From positions 1-45,685 of the forward strand of contig JAQUAP010000002.1 in assembly GCA_028687205.1 (NCBI GenBank): DNA of 45,685 bases. Reading direction: 5' to 3'. Below, piece by piece: positions 4,746 to 15,775 of the stretch. Position numbers and translations under genes: made by a program. Source of the stretch: Candidatus Omnitrophota bacterium. Its GTDB lineage: Bacteria; Omnitrophota; Gorgyraeia; Gygaellales; Profunditerraquicolaceae. Positions within the stretch are counted from its first letter, which is position 1. Every line of letters begins with the position of its first letter. The notes beneath the pieces are model-generated. The model ran no database searches, was not told the DNA's origin, and worked only from the letters and a program-made list of their open reading frames with translations.

Positions 4746-7334
4746 TTATTTTTTCGCTTGCAGTATTTTTAAAAACAGGCCTACAATTTTGGGGTCGAAG
4801 TGCCTGCCGCTGCCCTCCTGCATTATTTTCATCGCCTTTTGTTTTGAATAGGCCTTGCGGTAGGGACGGTCGCTGGTTAAAGCCTGGTAGGCATCGGCAA
4901 TAGCGATAATCCTGGCGCCGATAGGGATCTCCTCCCCGTTTATGCCGCTGGGATAGCCCGAGCCATCCCATTTTTCATGATGGTACAAGACAAGCGGTAT
5001 CAGGTTGCGTAAAAACTGTATCGGCCGCAATATATCCGCGCCGATCTGCGGGTGCTTTTTTATTTCGTCAAATTCGCGCTTAGTCAGCCTGGCTTTTTTC
5101 AAGAGGATTTTTTCGCTGATGCCAATCTTGCCTAAATCATGCAAAACCGCTCCCTGTTTAATCAGCTCTATCTCATCCTTAGGTAATGCCAGCTTATTAC
5201 AAATCTCGGTCACATAGCGCACAGTATCCTCAGCGTGCTCTCCGGTATAATGGTCCTTTAACTCAATAGCCTTGGCAAAAGCGAAGATTGCTTCAACCAG
5301 GCTCTGGTTAGATTTCTTGGTAAGCTTATCAATCCTGCCCTGAAGAAGCTTGACATCAAGGGGCTTATTCTTTTCCTTTGAAGCCGGGCGCCTTCCTTTG
5401 CCGATATCCAAAGACGAGTAGACTCTATTACCGCCGGATTCTTTCACCTTACTTAATATCTGGTCTGCCAGGTTAACCAGGCCCATGCCCCGATTAACCT
5501 TATTTTCAGGGTAAGAGACTGTTGCCAAGCTTAATTTAAGCGTAACCGTGTGTTTCTTATCTCCGAACCTGTATAAGTGAACCGCATTAAATATCCTCTG
5601 GCTCACGCTTAAGGCCTTAGCTATGTCTATCCCCGGAGAAATAATAATAAACTCTTCTCCGCCGGAACGAATGATGATATCGTACCGGCGCATCATCATC
5701 TTTAACTGCCTGGCAAACTGCTTTAATACCAGGTCCCCAAACTGATGGCCATAGACATCATTTATGGATTTAAAATAATCTATGTCCAGCATTATGACTG
5801 CCAGGGGATGGTCATAACGCTTGGCGCGGTGGAATTCTGCCTCAATAACATCCTGCAGGTAACGGTGGTTATAAAGGCCGGTGTGGGAATCAGTGAGCGC
5901 AAGCTGCCGCAGGCGTTTATTAGACCTTAAGAGCTCTTCGTTTAAAACCCCTACCCGCTCCTGGGCCGCTTTCTTATCCGTAATATCCCGCACATATTCA
6001 ATCGCTCCTAACAACTCTTTATTTTCCTGGTCGAACAAGGGAAAGCTGTAAAGCTCAAGCCAGCCGATGATCTCTCCGTTTTCCCCTCTCTTAGGGACGA
6101 TTTCTGCGGCTAATTGCTGCGTATTCAAGCTTGTCCTGACAGGGCAATTCTTACAGGGCTGCTTGCTGCATTGATAGGTCTCATAACATTTCTTGCCTAT
6201 AAAGGGGACTTTATCCGCATACAACTTTTCCATAAACGGGTTCACCAGGAGTATATTCATATCCTTATCTAAGACGCTTATCCCATCCTGGATACTGTTA
6301 AAGACATTGGAAAGAAAATTTTTATTCTGCCTAAAAGCCTCGTTCAGCTTCTTGCGTTCCTCTATTTCCTTTCTTAATTCTTCATTCGTCCGGCTAAGCT
6401 CTGCGGTCCTCACCTTAACCCTGATGGCCAACTCTGCGCGCGCCTCGCGCAGCCTCTCCTCGTATTTCTTGCGTTCGGTAATATCTTCCATAATACCGTC
6501 AAAATATACACTGCCTTGCGCGTCTTTCTTAGCTACCGCGTTAAGCAGTACCCAGATCTTATTACCCTTAAAAGTTACCAATTGCAACTCTTCATTTTTT
6601 ACCGCACCCTGTTCCAATATTTTTTCACTCATTACCTCTCTTTCGGCAGGATTCTGGTAAAGCTCGCTTACCTTATGCTTAAGGAGTTCTTCTTTTGATT
6701 GCGCTTCAAACATTTTCACGATTGCCGGATTAGCTTCTAAAAAATACCCCTCCGGTCCCGGGGTATTGCGATAGATACCTACCGGCAGGTCATTTACCAG
6801 GGTCGCGTATCTTTCATCGCATCGCGAAAGCTCATCGGATGCTTTTTTCAACTCGGTGATATCGCGGCCCTCAGGAATCAGGAAGATAACTTTGCCGGTT
6901 CCGTCCTTTACGGGCTTAATCGAAAAATCCACATAATGCACATTTGCGTCTTTATCAAGATGGGTGGCTTCAAAACGGACAAATTCTCCGTTTGCCGCTT
7001 TTTTTATGGACTGGCGCAGTTTTTCCTGCATTGAGGGGGAATGTGTCCACCAGGGAGTCTCCCAGAACGGCTTATTCAAGACGCTCTCGGCCGTAATACC
7101 GCTAAATTCCAAAGCTGTCCGGTTGGCTTCAATAAGGGTTCCGTCGGGAGTCATCAGGCCGATGAACTGGAAAGTCTGGTCAAAAAGAGCGCGCAGTTTT
7201 TGCTCATTTTCCCACTCGGATAACTTATGGCGGGATTCAGCCTTTTCCAGTTCCGTAATGCGGATTTGCAAGAACTTGATTTCGTCGCTTAGCTTTTCTT
7301 CGGCTTTATGGTTAAAATGCGTGCTCTCGTCCAT
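4746..7334 (-). CDS. Multi-PAS sensor with GGDEF diguanylate cyclase and HD-GYP phosphodiesterase domains
   Basis: Three PAS-like modules, one carrying CYETYQCSKQPCKNCP. Then RYD-x5-GGEEF (I-site plus active-site motif), then HD...HHEKWDGSGYP (HD-GYP). The track ORF starts at TTG 7388, overlapping rpoD. I prefer ATG 7334, but the start is uncertain. Confidence 0.88.
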   Translation of the reverse strand: MDESTHFNHKAEEKLSDEIKFLQIRITELEKAESRHKLSEWENEQKLRALFDQTFQFIGLMTPDGTLIEANRTALEFSGITAESVLNKPFWETPWWTHSPSMQEKLRQSIKKAANGEFVRFEATHLDKDANVHYVDFSIKPVKDGTGKVIFLIPEGRDITELKKASDELSRCDERYATLVNDLPVGIYRNTPGPEGYFLEANPAIVKMFEAQSKEELLKHKVSELYQNPAEREVMSEKILEQGAVKNEELQLVTFKGNKIWVLLNAVAKKDAQGSVYFDGIMEDITERKKYEERLREARAELAIRVKVRTAELSRTNEELRKEIEERKKLNEAFRQNKNFLSNVFNSIQDGISVLDKDMNILLVNPFMEKLYADKVPFIGKKCYETYQCSKQPCKNCPVRTSLNTQQLAAEIVPKRGENGEIIGWLELYSFPLFDQENKELLGAIEYVRDITDKKAAQERVGVLNEELLRSNKRLRQLALTDSHTGLYNHRYLQDVIEAEFHRAKRYDHPLAVIMLDIDYFKSINDVYGHQFGDLVLKQFARQLKMMMRRYDIIIRSGGEEFIIISPGIDIAKALSVSQRIFNAVHLYRFGDKKHTVTLKLSLATVSYPENKVNRGMGLVNLADQILSKVKESGGNRVYSSLDIGKGRRPASKEKNKPLDVKLLQGRIDKLTKKSNQSLVEAIFAFAKAIELKDHYTGEHAEDTVRYVTEICNKLALPKDEIELIKQGAVLHDLGKIGISEKILLKKARLTKREFDEIKKHPQIGADILRPIQFLRNLIPLVLYHHEKWDGSGYPSGINGEEIPIGARIIAIADAYQALTSDRPYRKAYSKQKAMKIMQEGSGRHFDPKIVGLFLKILQAKK

Positions 7335-7365
7335 AAAAATAAAAAGTAGCGCGCCCCTTGCCTGG

Positions 7366-8895
7366 TTAATACTCTCTTTGATGCGCAAGCGTCATATCCA
7401 GAAAAGTACGTAACCTTCTTGAGCGCGTTGGATGGCGTAATTTTTTCAAGGCCTTGGCTTCTATCTGCCTTACTCTTTCACGGGTGACTCTAAAGATATT
7501 GCCCACCTCCTCCAGCGTGCGGCTGGAACCATCATGCATCCCAAAGCGCAGGACCAATATCTTTTTTTCTCTCTCCGTAAGAGTGCCTAAGGCAGAGTTC
7601 ATTTCTTCCTTGAGCATGGAACGGACAGTCTCGTTTGCCGGAGAAACCGCTTTTTTATCCTGGATAAAGTCTCCGAAATGCGTATCCCCCTCGTCGCCGA
7701 TAGGCATCTGTAAAGATATCGGTTCCTGGGCTATCTTTAAGATTGCCTTTACCTTCTCCTGGGGCAGGCGCATTTTATAAGCTATCTCTTCGGGCAAAGG
7801 CTCGCGGCCGTTCTCCTGGACAAAGACCCGCGAATAACGGATAATTTTATTAATCGTTTCGGTCATATGCACGGGGATCCTTATAGTACGCGCCTGGTCG
7901 GCTATGGAACGGGTAATCGCCTGCCTTATCCACCAGGTAGCATAGGTAGAGAATTTATACCCTCTTTTATATTCAAATTTTTCTACCGCGCGCATCAATC
8001 CGATATTCCCTTCCTGGATCAAATCCAGGAAAGAAAGGCCCCTATTGGTATATTTTTTGGCAATACTCACCACCAGCCTTAAGTTTGCCTCAACCAGTTT
8101 TTTCTTGGCGCGGTTAAACTTAAGGTGCGCGGATTTAATCGCCTGCATCTGCTCTTTAATCTTAGCCTGTGGCTCGCTGAGTTGTTTTAAGATTGCCTGT
8201 TTTCTGGCGCGGTTACGCCTGCCCTGGCGGTTAATATGGTCCAACTCTTTTAATAAACTGTTGAGCTTGCGTACAGCCGCCTCGATTACGGAAGTCACAA
8301 AGTTAAGTTCCAGGAGCAGGTTTATCGTCAGGTTATCGCTGCGCGTGCTTTTAAGCTTTTTAAGGATCCTTTTTATTTTAGCCGCGACATTGCCCTTTTT
8401 AATCTTAAGGTCCTCCTTAACCAGCTCTTCCAGGTTCAGTCTCTCTTCCAGGATAGCGTTGGCTACAGCTATTGTCTCATGCCGCGCAAATTTCGTGCTT
8501 AAGGCAGCGCGTTTAAATTTCTCTTCGGCGTCCTCTATTCTCTTGGCCAACTCCAATTCATGTTCTCTGGACAAGAGCGAGATCGACCCCATCTGCTTAA
8601 GGTACATTTTGACCGGGTCGTCTAACGGAAGGAAGCGCTCCTCTGACTTGAGCTGTTCGCTCAAATTATCCTCCTTAATGACCGGGCTCTCCTTATCGAC
8701 AATCCTATCGTCCTCGCGCTCGACTACCTGTATATCCTCATTCCCCAGCAGTTCAAACAAATGGTCCATCTCGTCGGAGGAAGAGAGCTCTTCGGGGAGA
8801 AGGTCGTTTACCTCATCGTAAGTGAGGAAGCCTTTTTGCTTACCTAACGCGATAATCTTTTCCAGATCTTTAGCAACATACGCTTTCTTTTTCAT
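7366..8895 (-). CDS. rpoD: RNA polymerase primary sigma factor (sigma-70)
   Basis: 509 aa. Region 2 reads [73 protein letters not shown]. Region 4 reads [29 protein letters not shown]. Confidence 0.97.
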   Translation of the reverse strand: MKKKAYVAKDLEKIIALGKQKGFLTYDEVNDLLPEELSSSDEMDHLFELLGNEDIQVVEREDDRIVDKESPVIKEDNLSEQLKSEERFLPLDDPVKMYLKQMGSISLLSREHELELAKRIEDAEEKFKRAALSTKFARHETIAVANAILEERLNLEELVKEDLKIKKGNVAAKIKRILKKLKSTRSDNLTINLLLELNFVTSVIEAAVRKLNSLLKELDHINRQGRRNRARKQAILKQLSEPQAKIKEQMQAIKSAHLKFNRAKKKLVEANLRLVVSIAKKYTNRGLSFLDLIQEGNIGLMRAVEKFEYKRGYKFSTYATWWIRQAITRSIADQARTIRIPVHMTETINKIIRYSRVFVQENGREPLPEEIAYKMRLPQEKVKAILKIAQEPISLQMPIGDEGDTHFGDFIQDKKAVSPANETVRSMLKEEMNSALGTLTEREKKILVLRFGMHDGSSRTLEEVGNIFRVTRERVRQIEAKALKKLRHPTRSRRLRTFLDMTLAHQREY

Positions 8896-8897
8896 AG

Positions 8898-10670
8898 CTA
8901 ACCTGCCTTCTTTTTAATTAGACAATGGAATTCTTCCGTCAGGCGGCTGAGCAGTTCCTCATCGCCGACATGCTGGGCAGCCTTGATCTGCTCATGCAGC
9001 CTTTGCCTTTCTAATTTTAACCGTTCATTCTTCATGCGCTGTATGCAATCGGAGACCACCTTTTCCCTGTGGGCTTCTGATGCCGGCGCGTTTTGCGTTA
9101 AAAACACCGACTCCGAGACCAGCTCTGAGATATCATCTCCCAGGTGATTCATTAAAATTTGCGGCTCAACCTGTTTACCCTGGTCTACCAGGTTAAACAT
9201 GATTGAAACAATCCGGGATATGCGTTCATCCTGAAAATCCTCAAGGTCAAGGCTCTCCCTTATGCGGCTGACCAGGCCGTTTTCTTCCAACATAAGCGAC
9301 ATAAGCAGCTTTTCCGTAGCGTTAGTATGATAAGTTTTCCGCTCAAGCTTTGTTTGAGGATACGCGTAAGCCTTTTCTGTTTTTACCTTCCTGATCTCCT
9401 CCAGCAACGCCTCTTCTTTAAGGTTTAACTCCTGGGCTAATTTTTTCAGGTATTCGGATTTTAAAATCGCGTTTTTAAACCTGGCGATGGTTTCAAGCAT
9501 CAACCCCGAAACCTTGGCGCGGCCCTCTATCTCTTTTGCGTTATAACGGGATTTTAAAACCTTAAGCTTATAATCAAATAAATTCTCGGCGCTGGCTATT
9601 TTTTCCTTAAAGGCAGCTATCCCTTCCTTGCGCACAAATAAATCCGGGTCAAGCCCTGCGGGCAGAGAGACGACCCTGACATTCATCTCCTCCTCGATGA
9701 ATATGTCGAGGCTGCGTAAGGTAGCCAGTTCTCCGGCGGTATCCGCGTCATAAACCATCACCACATTATGGGTGTATCTTTTCAAGAACCTTGCCTGTTC
9801 TACGGTTAGGGCTGTGCCAAGAGAAGCTGTGACGCTCTTTAAGCCCTCCTGGAAGGGAAGGATAAAATCCAGATACCCTTCAACGATGGCCACAAAATCA
9901 TTTTCCCTGATACCATCCTTAGCCAGATTAAACCCGTATAAATTTTTTCCTTTTGTATAAACCGCGGTCTCCGGGGAATTGAGGTACTTGGGCAGACTAT
10001 TATCCAATACCCTGGCGCCAAAGCCTAAAACCCGGCCCTTTATGTCAAAGATGGGGAAAATTATCCTGTTTCTAAACCTGTCATAAAAACCGCCGCCTTC
10101 CTTACCGATGGCCAGGCCGGCTTTTTCTAAAATCCCGAGGCTTACGCCTTTTGAACGTAAATAATTAATCAGGCTATCCCAATTATCAGGAGCGAATCCT
10201 AATTTCAAAGCGGAAATGGTTTCCTGTCTTATTCCGCGTTGCAATAAATATTCTTTTGCCTTTAAACCCGCAGGCGCGTTCAGGTTAGCGCTGTAAAAAC
10301 TTGCCGCCAACTCATTTATTTTATATAGCTGCGTAGTTATGCCTGAGGATGGCTGCCCCGGAAAATTTTCAGTCCTTGGTAAAACTACCCCCGCCCTAGA
10401 CGCCAGGGCCTCTACCGCTTCCGGAAAATCCAGGCGCTCATAGCGCATAAGAAATTTAAAGGCATTTCCTGACTCGCCGCAGCCAAAACAATGGTAGATC
10501 TGGCGGTCAGGCGAGACCATAAAAGAAGGCGTTTTCTCGTGATGAAAAGGGCAACAGGCCTTAAAATTACGGCCCGCCTTTTTAAGCGGCAGAAACCCGG
10601 AGATCACCTCAACGATATCCACTCTGGCCAAAATATCATCCAATATATTTTCCGGAATACGTCCCTGCAT
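8898..10670 (-). CDS. dnaG: DNA primase
   Basis: 590 aa. Zinc finger [30 protein letters not shown], then a TOPRIM segment (VEGYLDFI...[10 protein letters not shown]). Classic dnaG-rpoD adjacency. Confidence 0.96.
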   Translation of the reverse strand: MQGRIPENILDDILARVDIVEVISGFLPLKKAGRNFKACCPFHHEKTPSFMVSPDRQIYHCFGCGESGNAFKFLMRYERLDFPEAVEALASRAGVVLPRTENFPGQPSSGITTQLYKINELAASFYSANLNAPAGLKAKEYLLQRGIRQETISALKLGFAPDNWDSLINYLRSKGVSLGILEKAGLAIGKEGGGFYDRFRNRIIFPIFDIKGRVLGFGARVLDNSLPKYLNSPETAVYTKGKNLYGFNLAKDGIRENDFVAIVEGYLDFILPFQEGLKSVTASLGTALTVEQARFLKRYTHNVVMVYDADTAGELATLRSLDIFIEEEMNVRVVSLPAGLDPDLFVRKEGIAAFKEKIASAENLFDYKLKVLKSRYNAKEIEGRAKVSGLMLETIARFKNAILKSEYLKKLAQELNLKEEALLEEIRKVKTEKAYAYPQTKLERKTYHTNATEKLLMSLMLEENGLVSRIRESLDLEDFQDERISRIVSIMFNLVDQGKQVEPQILMNHLGDDISELVSESVFLTQNAPASEAHREKVVSDCIQRMKNERLKLERQRLHEQIKAAQHVGDEELLSRLTEEFHCLIKKKAG

Positions 10671-10672
10671 AT

Positions 10673-11545
10673 TTAGTTTCTGCTTATCCTTTTAAAACCC
10701 GAACAACCGATAACCTGTAATTTTTCTTCTTTTTCAATCCTATCCAGGAGCAGGTTTAACCCCAGGCAGTCGCTTGAGATATGTCCGGCGATAACTACGT
10801 TCAGCTTGGCATCTTTGACTTTTTTCAGGTGCTCTTCGCTTAAATGCATGGATACCAGCGTCCTTACCCCGGTTTGATAAAGCCTGCCAAAGATATCTTT
10901 TGAGCCTTCGGTGCCTCCGGTCATCTCAAAAAATATCTTACCCGCCTCTCTTTTCGGGGAACCCAAAAGGATACGCGGGCCAGCCATATTCTTTTTAGCC
11001 TCCCGATATTCGGGTATTTCGGATAAAATATCCACTATATCCTGAACTGTTTTGGGCCTGCGTGCCTGCATTAATTTCTTAAGAAAAGCATAAACATGGT
11101 TATCCGCAGGCGTGTGCATGCACATAAAAGGCATGTTGAGCAGCCTGGCAGCATCTATCGGCCGCGTATGGTTCTGGGGGAGTATTTTTCTCTCCACCTC
11201 ATTTCTTCTTTCGTTAAGGAACTTCTGGGCAACGCTTTTTTCAATCCCGGCCTGCTTCAACAGGTCAACCTGCAATTGCATTACTTCATGCAATAACGCA
11301 TAGGCCCTGCCTTCGGGGTGATGGGATACCGCTAAATCCAGCCCTTGAGACTCCCGGATCCGGTCGGCGAGGAGCAACTCCCCTACTTCCATATCAATAC
11401 CGACGAGGATCTTTTTTACCTGCGTATCGGGCCGGCCGTAAAGTATAGCGGTATCTGAATACGCTCTTATCGCAGACTTATTTTTTCGGGGATCGCGCTC
11501 AGCGCCGAATTTCACGGCCAGATTATAGAAACGGGATAATTTCAC
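10673..11545 (-). CDS. NIF3-like (DUF34) dinuclear-metal-centre family protein, tentative
   Basis: 290 aa. Has DLAVSHHP and C-terminal AGHISSD motifs reminiscent of NIF3. It sits in the dnaG/rpoD neighbourhood, as yqfO does in Firmicutes. Confidence 0.45.
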   Translation of the reverse strand: MKLSRFYNLAVKFGAERDPRKNKSAIRAYSDTAILYGRPDTQVKKILVGIDMEVGELLLADRIRESQGLDLAVSHHPEGRAYALLHEVMQLQVDLLKQAGIEKSVAQKFLNERRNEVERKILPQNHTRPIDAARLLNMPFMCMHTPADNHVYAFLKKLMQARRPKTVQDIVDILSEIPEYREAKKNMAGPRILLGSPKREAGKIFFEMTGGTEGSKDIFGRLYQTGVRTLVSMHLSEEHLKKVKDAKLNVVIAGHISSDCLGLNLLLDRIEKEEKLQVIGCSGFKRISRN

Positions 11546-12129
11546 TTGTTCCTTGAGACCTCTTCTTTGATTGACGGGATAACCGCATTATATTTTTCGG
11601 CTACGCTGAATTTAGATATAACGCTGTTCCAAATCCAGGCGTAGGTATCCGGGGCAAGCGAAAATAAATATTGTCCTGAATAAGACTCTTTGACGCTCTT
11701 ACCGAAATATCCTATGCTTGAGATAACCAGCATAAACATAATCAGGCTGGCTAAAAGAGCTGCCCTGGCTATACCCAGTAGCAGGCTTCCCCATTTGTTT
11801 AAAGCAGAAACCGCCTCCATCTTAAGGAACCTGGAGAAAATGTTACGCAATAATATGAAGAGATAATAAGCGCCTGCCGCCAAAGCGAAAAATATCAGGA
11901 ATTCCAGGAATTTTAAAGGCATTTTCCCGCCGAAAGAAAGCCAGCCTTTTAGGTACTCCGCTAAATCCAGGTAATAATGCAGCGCCAGATAAACCGCGGT
12001 AAGCGTGCCTGCGAGCTTGAACAGCTCAACAGGAAAGCCGTTTTTAACAGCGATGGAACATACTCGCAGAGTAAGGATTAAGACAAAAATGTCTACCCAG
12101 TTGATTTGTTTTAAAATATTTAATAACAT
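11542..12129 (-). CDS. cvpA: CvpA-family integral membrane protein
   Basis: 195 aa. N-terminal NWVDIFVLILTL...NGF pattern and 4 predicted TM helices, typical of CvpA. Confidence 0.55.
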   Translation of the reverse strand: MLLNILKQINWVDIFVLILTLRVCSIAVKNGFPVELFKLAGTLTAVYLALHYYLDLAEYLKGWLSFGGKMPLKFLEFLIFFALAAGAYYLFILLRNIFSRFLKMEAVSALNKWGSLLLGIARAALLASLIMFMLVISSIGYFGKSVKESYSGQYLFSLAPDTYAWIWNSVISKFSVAEKYNAVIPSIKEEVSRNK

Positions 12130-12216
12130 AGGGTTAGGCCTTTCTTTTTAAGCCAGGATTAAAGATGTAAAAGTATAACATATAAACCTGCCCATTGTCA
12201 AGGAAAGCGCTTTCTT

Positions 12217-13146
12217 TTAAGGCTTAAACCAGGGAATGGTTTTCTTAAGGCCTTCGGTAAGGGAAACGCGGGGTTGCCATTTTAAGGCTTTTCTTGCTTT
12301 TGATATATCTGGCCTGCGCTGGCGCGGGTCGTCCTGCGGCAGGGCTTTAAAAACAATCTTGCTCCTTGAGCCGGTTAGTTGCAAAACTAATCGCGCTAAT
12401 TGCAAGATAGTAAATTCCCTGGGATTGCCTAAATTAACCGGCTCGTTTATAGGAGAAAGCATCAACCGGTAGAGCCCTTCTACCAAATCGTCAATGTAAC
12501 AAAAACTCCTGGTCTGCTCTCCTTTGCCATAAACAGTCAGGGGCCTACCGTGTAAGGCCTGGTTAATAAAATTAGGGATCGCCCTGCCGTCATTACTCCT
12601 CATCTTTGGCCCATAGGTATTGAATATCCTGGCGATTTTGGTATCGATCTTATGCACGCGATGATACGCCATGGTCAGCGCTTCGGCAAAACGCTTGGAT
12701 TCATCATAACAGCCGCGTACGCCGACAGGATTGACATTACCCCAATAGTTTTCTTTTTGCGGATGGACCAGGGGATCGCCGTATATTTCAGAGGTGGAAA
12801 AAAGCATAAAGGCCGCTTTCTTCTCTTTAGCCAGGCCCAGAGAATTATGCGTGCCTAAAGACCCGGCTTTAAGTGTTTGGATCGGAAAGCGCAGATAATC
12901 TTCGGGCGAAGCCAGCGAGGCGCAGTGTAAAACATAGTCAATTTTTCCGGCGAGTTTAATATATTGGGAAACATTATGGTTTATAAATATAAATTTTTTA
13001 TTCTTGATTAAATCCCGTAGATTATCTTTGCTCCCGGTAATAAGGTTATCCATGCAGATTACCTTATATCCGGACCCAAGCAGCCTCTGGCAGAGGTGCG
13101 CGCCGATAAATCCTGCGCCTCCGGTGACCACCGCTGTTTTATTCAT
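12217..13146 (-). CDS. UDP-glucuronate decarboxylase / UDP-xylose synthase-like SDR (NAD-dependent epimerase/dehydratase family)
   Basis: 309 aa. Contains [43 protein letters not shown] and YDESKR (catalytic YxxxK). Confidence 0.85.
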   Translation of the reverse strand: MNKTAVVTGGAGFIGAHLCQRLLGSGYKVICMDNLITGSKDNLRDLIKNKKFIFINHNVSQYIKLAGKIDYVLHCASLASPEDYLRFPIQTLKAGSLGTHNSLGLAKEKKAAFMLFSTSEIYGDPLVHPQKENYWGNVNPVGVRGCYDESKRFAEALTMAYHRVHKIDTKIARIFNTYGPKMRSNDGRAIPNFINQALHGRPLTVYGKGEQTRSFCYIDDLVEGLYRLMLSPINEPVNLGNPREFTILQLARLVLQLTGSRSKIVFKALPQDDPRQRRPDISKARKALKWQPRVSLTEGLKKTIPWFKP

Positions 13147-13168
13147 TAGAACTCCGGTTGTCTTTTGT

Positions 13169-14443
13169 TCACAGCGCTACCACCTTATCCCCGCCTCTTC
13201 CTTTGTATACATTACGGGCATCAAAAATCAGCTTTGCGTTATTCAACAGGTAGCGATAATCTATCGCCGAATGGTCAGTAGCGATAACTACACAATCAAA
13301 TTTTATTAAGGCGCTTCTTTTTAAAACAATGGATTTTAAATTTATAGCGTTAACTTTAAGGTACGGGATAAGCGGGTCAAAATAAGCCGCCCTTGCCCCT
13401 TTCTTCTCTAAACATCTAAGTATATCGATGCCGGGAGACTGGCGTAAATCTTTCACATCTTTTTTATAGGCGGCTCCGACGACCAGAACCTTCGCTCCCC
13501 TTATCTTTAAATTTCTTAGCCGGAGCGCCTCTTCAACCCGCATGACCACGTATTCGGGCATATAACTAATCACATCTGAAGCAAGCTTAATAAAACGCGA
13601 GCGAAAACCGAATTTTCTGGCTTTCCAATATAAATAGAGAGGGTCCTTAGGGATGCAATGGCCTCCTACGCCGGGCCCGGGATAAAAAGGCATAAAACCA
13701 AAAGGCTTGGTCGAGGCTGCCCTGACTACTTCCCAGATATCAATCTTCATCTTATGGCACATCATCGCCAGCTCGTTAATTAAGCCGATATTAATCAGGC
13801 GAAAGGTATTCTCCAGTAACTTGACTGTCTCGGCTGCCCGCGGGCTGGATACCGGTACTACCTTATCAATAATAATCTTGTAGAGAGAGACTGCCCTGCG
13901 CGTGGCCTCGGCGCTAACGCCGCCGACGACTTTGGGAATTTTATTGACCGGAAATTTTTTATTCCCCGGGTCTATCCTCTCAGGTGAAAAACAAAGGTAA
14001 AAATCCCGGCCATGCCTTAAATTATGCTTTTTGAAAATCGGCAATATCTCTTCCTCGGTTGTGCCGGGGTAGGTAGTGCTTTCTAAGACAACCAAAGCCC
14101 CTTTCTTGATATGCCTGGCAACGGAATTTAAGGAATCTTTGATATAGGATATGTCCGGAAGGTTTTTTCTTTTTAAGGGCGTGGGCACACAGACTAATAC
14201 CGCGGCGCAATCTTTTAATTTAGTAAAATCCGGGGTTGCGCTGAATAGCCCGGCGGCTAACATTTTTTTTAAATCCCTGTCCGGCACATCGCTGATGTAT
14301 GACTCCCGGCGCTTAATCGCCTTAAGCCTGCCCCGGTCTATTTCTATACCGGTTACCGCGACGCCTTTTTTAGCGAATTCCATGGCTAAAGGAAATCCGA
14401 CGTAGCCCAGTCCGACAACGCAGATTTTAAGCTTATTTTTCAT
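13169..14443 (-). CDS. Nucleotide-sugar dehydrogenase (UDP-N-acetyl-hexosamine 6-dehydrogenase-like, WecC/WbpA/Cap5O type)
   Basis: 424 aa. Contains [18 protein letters not shown] and [14 protein letters not shown]. Confidence 0.85.
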   Translation of the reverse strand: MKNKLKICVVGLGYVGFPLAMEFAKKGVAVTGIEIDRGRLKAIKRRESYISDVPDRDLKKMLAAGLFSATPDFTKLKDCAAVLVCVPTPLKRKNLPDISYIKDSLNSVARHIKKGALVVLESTTYPGTTEEEILPIFKKHNLRHGRDFYLCFSPERIDPGNKKFPVNKIPKVVGGVSAEATRRAVSLYKIIIDKVVPVSSPRAAETVKLLENTFRLINIGLINELAMMCHKMKIDIWEVVRAASTKPFGFMPFYPGPGVGGHCIPKDPLYLYWKARKFGFRSRFIKLASDVISYMPEYVVMRVEEALRLRNLKIRGAKVLVVGAAYKKDVKDLRQSPGIDILRCLEKKGARAAYFDPLIPYLKVNAINLKSIVLKRSALIKFDCVVIATDHSAIDYRYLLNNAKLIFDARNVYKGRGGDKVVAL

Positions 14444-15738
14444 GCCCTCTTTCTTCCTATGCCGATATAAGCAAACCCTAACTTGCGTAAAACTTGCGGG
14501 TCATAGAGGTTACGCCCGTCAATAATCAGCGGCCGCTTAAGTAATTTCTTGATTTTAACAAAATCCAATTCCTTGAACTCATCCCATTCCGTAGCGATAA
14601 AAAGGCAATCTGCTGCCCGGCATACTGAATAAGCATCAGGGCAAACAGTAACCTTAGCTAATACCTTTTTAGCTTTATTGACTGCCTGCGGGTCATATAC
14701 CTTGATCCTGGCCCCTTCCTCTTGCAGCATCCTGATTAACCCTAAGGCCGGGGCATTGCGTAGATCATCGGTATTGGGCTTAAAAGCCAGGCCAAGGATA
14801 CCGATGGTCTTATCTTTGATGATCCAGAGCGCATCTTTTATTTTCTTGAGCGCGGAATGCAATTGCTCCTCATTGGCCCTGGCTACCGCTTTAAGTATTT
14901 TAAAATCATAACCTATCTTTTCAGAAATATGCACAAACGCATCCAGGTCTTTCGGAAAACATGAACCGCCATAGCCTATGCCCGCCTTCAAAAAGCTGGG
15001 GCCGATTCTTTTATCCAGCCCCATACCCTTGGCAACCTCTTCAACATCCGCGCCTACCTTATCGCAGATCTGGGAAACGGCATTGATAAAAGAAATCTTG
15101 GTGGCTAAAAAGGCGTTGGAGGCATGTTTGATTAACTCCGCGGATTTGATATTCGTAATTACCAGCGGCACCTTGAAAGGCCGGTATAATTCGACCAGTA
15201 AATCCCTGGCTTTCTTTGACTCTACCCCGATAACAATCCTGTCCGGATGCATAAAATCATCTATCGCCGAACCCTCCCTTAAGAACTCGGGGTTGGAAGC
15301 CACGTCAAATTTAGCCTTATCTTTAATATAATGCGCTATCGTATGCCTTACCCAATCCCCTGTCTCTACCGGCACCGTGGATTTCTCAACGATAAGCCGG
15401 TAGCCATGCATATTCACCGCGATACTGCGCGCGACATTCTCTATCCCCGTAAGGTCTGCTTCTCCGTTTTCTAAAGGAGGGGTGCCCACAGCGATAAAAA
15501 TTATTTCGGAAGACCTCACCGCCTCTTTAATGCTGGAAGTAAAAATAAGCCGTTTATTCTTAACATTGCGCGCGATTAATTCTTCCAATCCCGGCTCATA
15601 AATCGGGATTATCCCTTGTTTAAGCTTATTAATCTTCTTGATATCATTATCCGCGCAGATAACCTTATTGCCTAACTCGGAAAAACAGGCTCCGGTAACC
15701 AGTCCTACGTAACCGGAACCGATGATTGAGATTTTCAT
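14440..15738 (-). CDS. ugd: UDP-glucose 6-dehydrogenase
   Basis: 432 aa. Contains IIGSGYVGLVTGACF, IAVGTP and GIGYGGSCFPKDL. Confidence 0.92.
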   Translation of the reverse strand: MKISIIGSGYVGLVTGACFSELGNKVICADNDIKKINKLKQGIIPIYEPGLEELIARNVKNKRLIFTSSIKEAVRSSEIIFIAVGTPPLENGEADLTGIENVARSIAVNMHGYRLIVEKSTVPVETGDWVRHTIAHYIKDKAKFDVASNPEFLREGSAIDDFMHPDRIVIGVESKKARDLLVELYRPFKVPLVITNIKSAELIKHASNAFLATKISFINAVSQICDKVGADVEEVAKGMGLDKRIGPSFLKAGIGYGGSCFPKDLDAFVHISEKIGYDFKILKAVARANEEQLHSALKKIKDALWIIKDKTIGILGLAFKPNTDDLRNAPALGLIRMLQEEGARIKVYDPQAVNKAKKVLAKVTVCPDAYSVCRAADCLFIATEWDEFKELDFVKIKKLLKRPLIIDGRNLYDPQVLRKLGFAYIGIGRKRA

Positions 15739-15775
15739 AACGACCTCTTGATTTTTAAGGTTTTAATGACTACTC

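Noticed and set aside
4669-4971. 100 aa minus-strand ORF overlapping the 3' end of the PAS-GGDEF-HD-GYP gene
   Set aside because: It is an alternative frame of a region that encodes the conserved HD-GYP domain. Its Arg/Gly/Pro-rich composition is typical of off-frame reads.
7335-7388. TTG start at 7388 for the PAS-GGDEF-HD-GYP gene, as in the ORF track
   Set aside because: It has no Shine-Dalgarno sequence and would overlap the rpoD 3' end by 23 nt. ATG 7334 is preferred, although it also lacks a clear RBS, so the start remains uncertain.
8045-8821. 258 aa plus-strand ORF antisense to rpoD, and similar long antisense ORFs (for example 18336..19055, 6193..6660, 27054..27599 and 31175..31639)
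   Set aside because: All lie opposite strongly conserved genes. Their Ser/Leu/Ile-rich shadow composition, with no motifs, is expected from antisense reading of Lys/Glu-rich genes.
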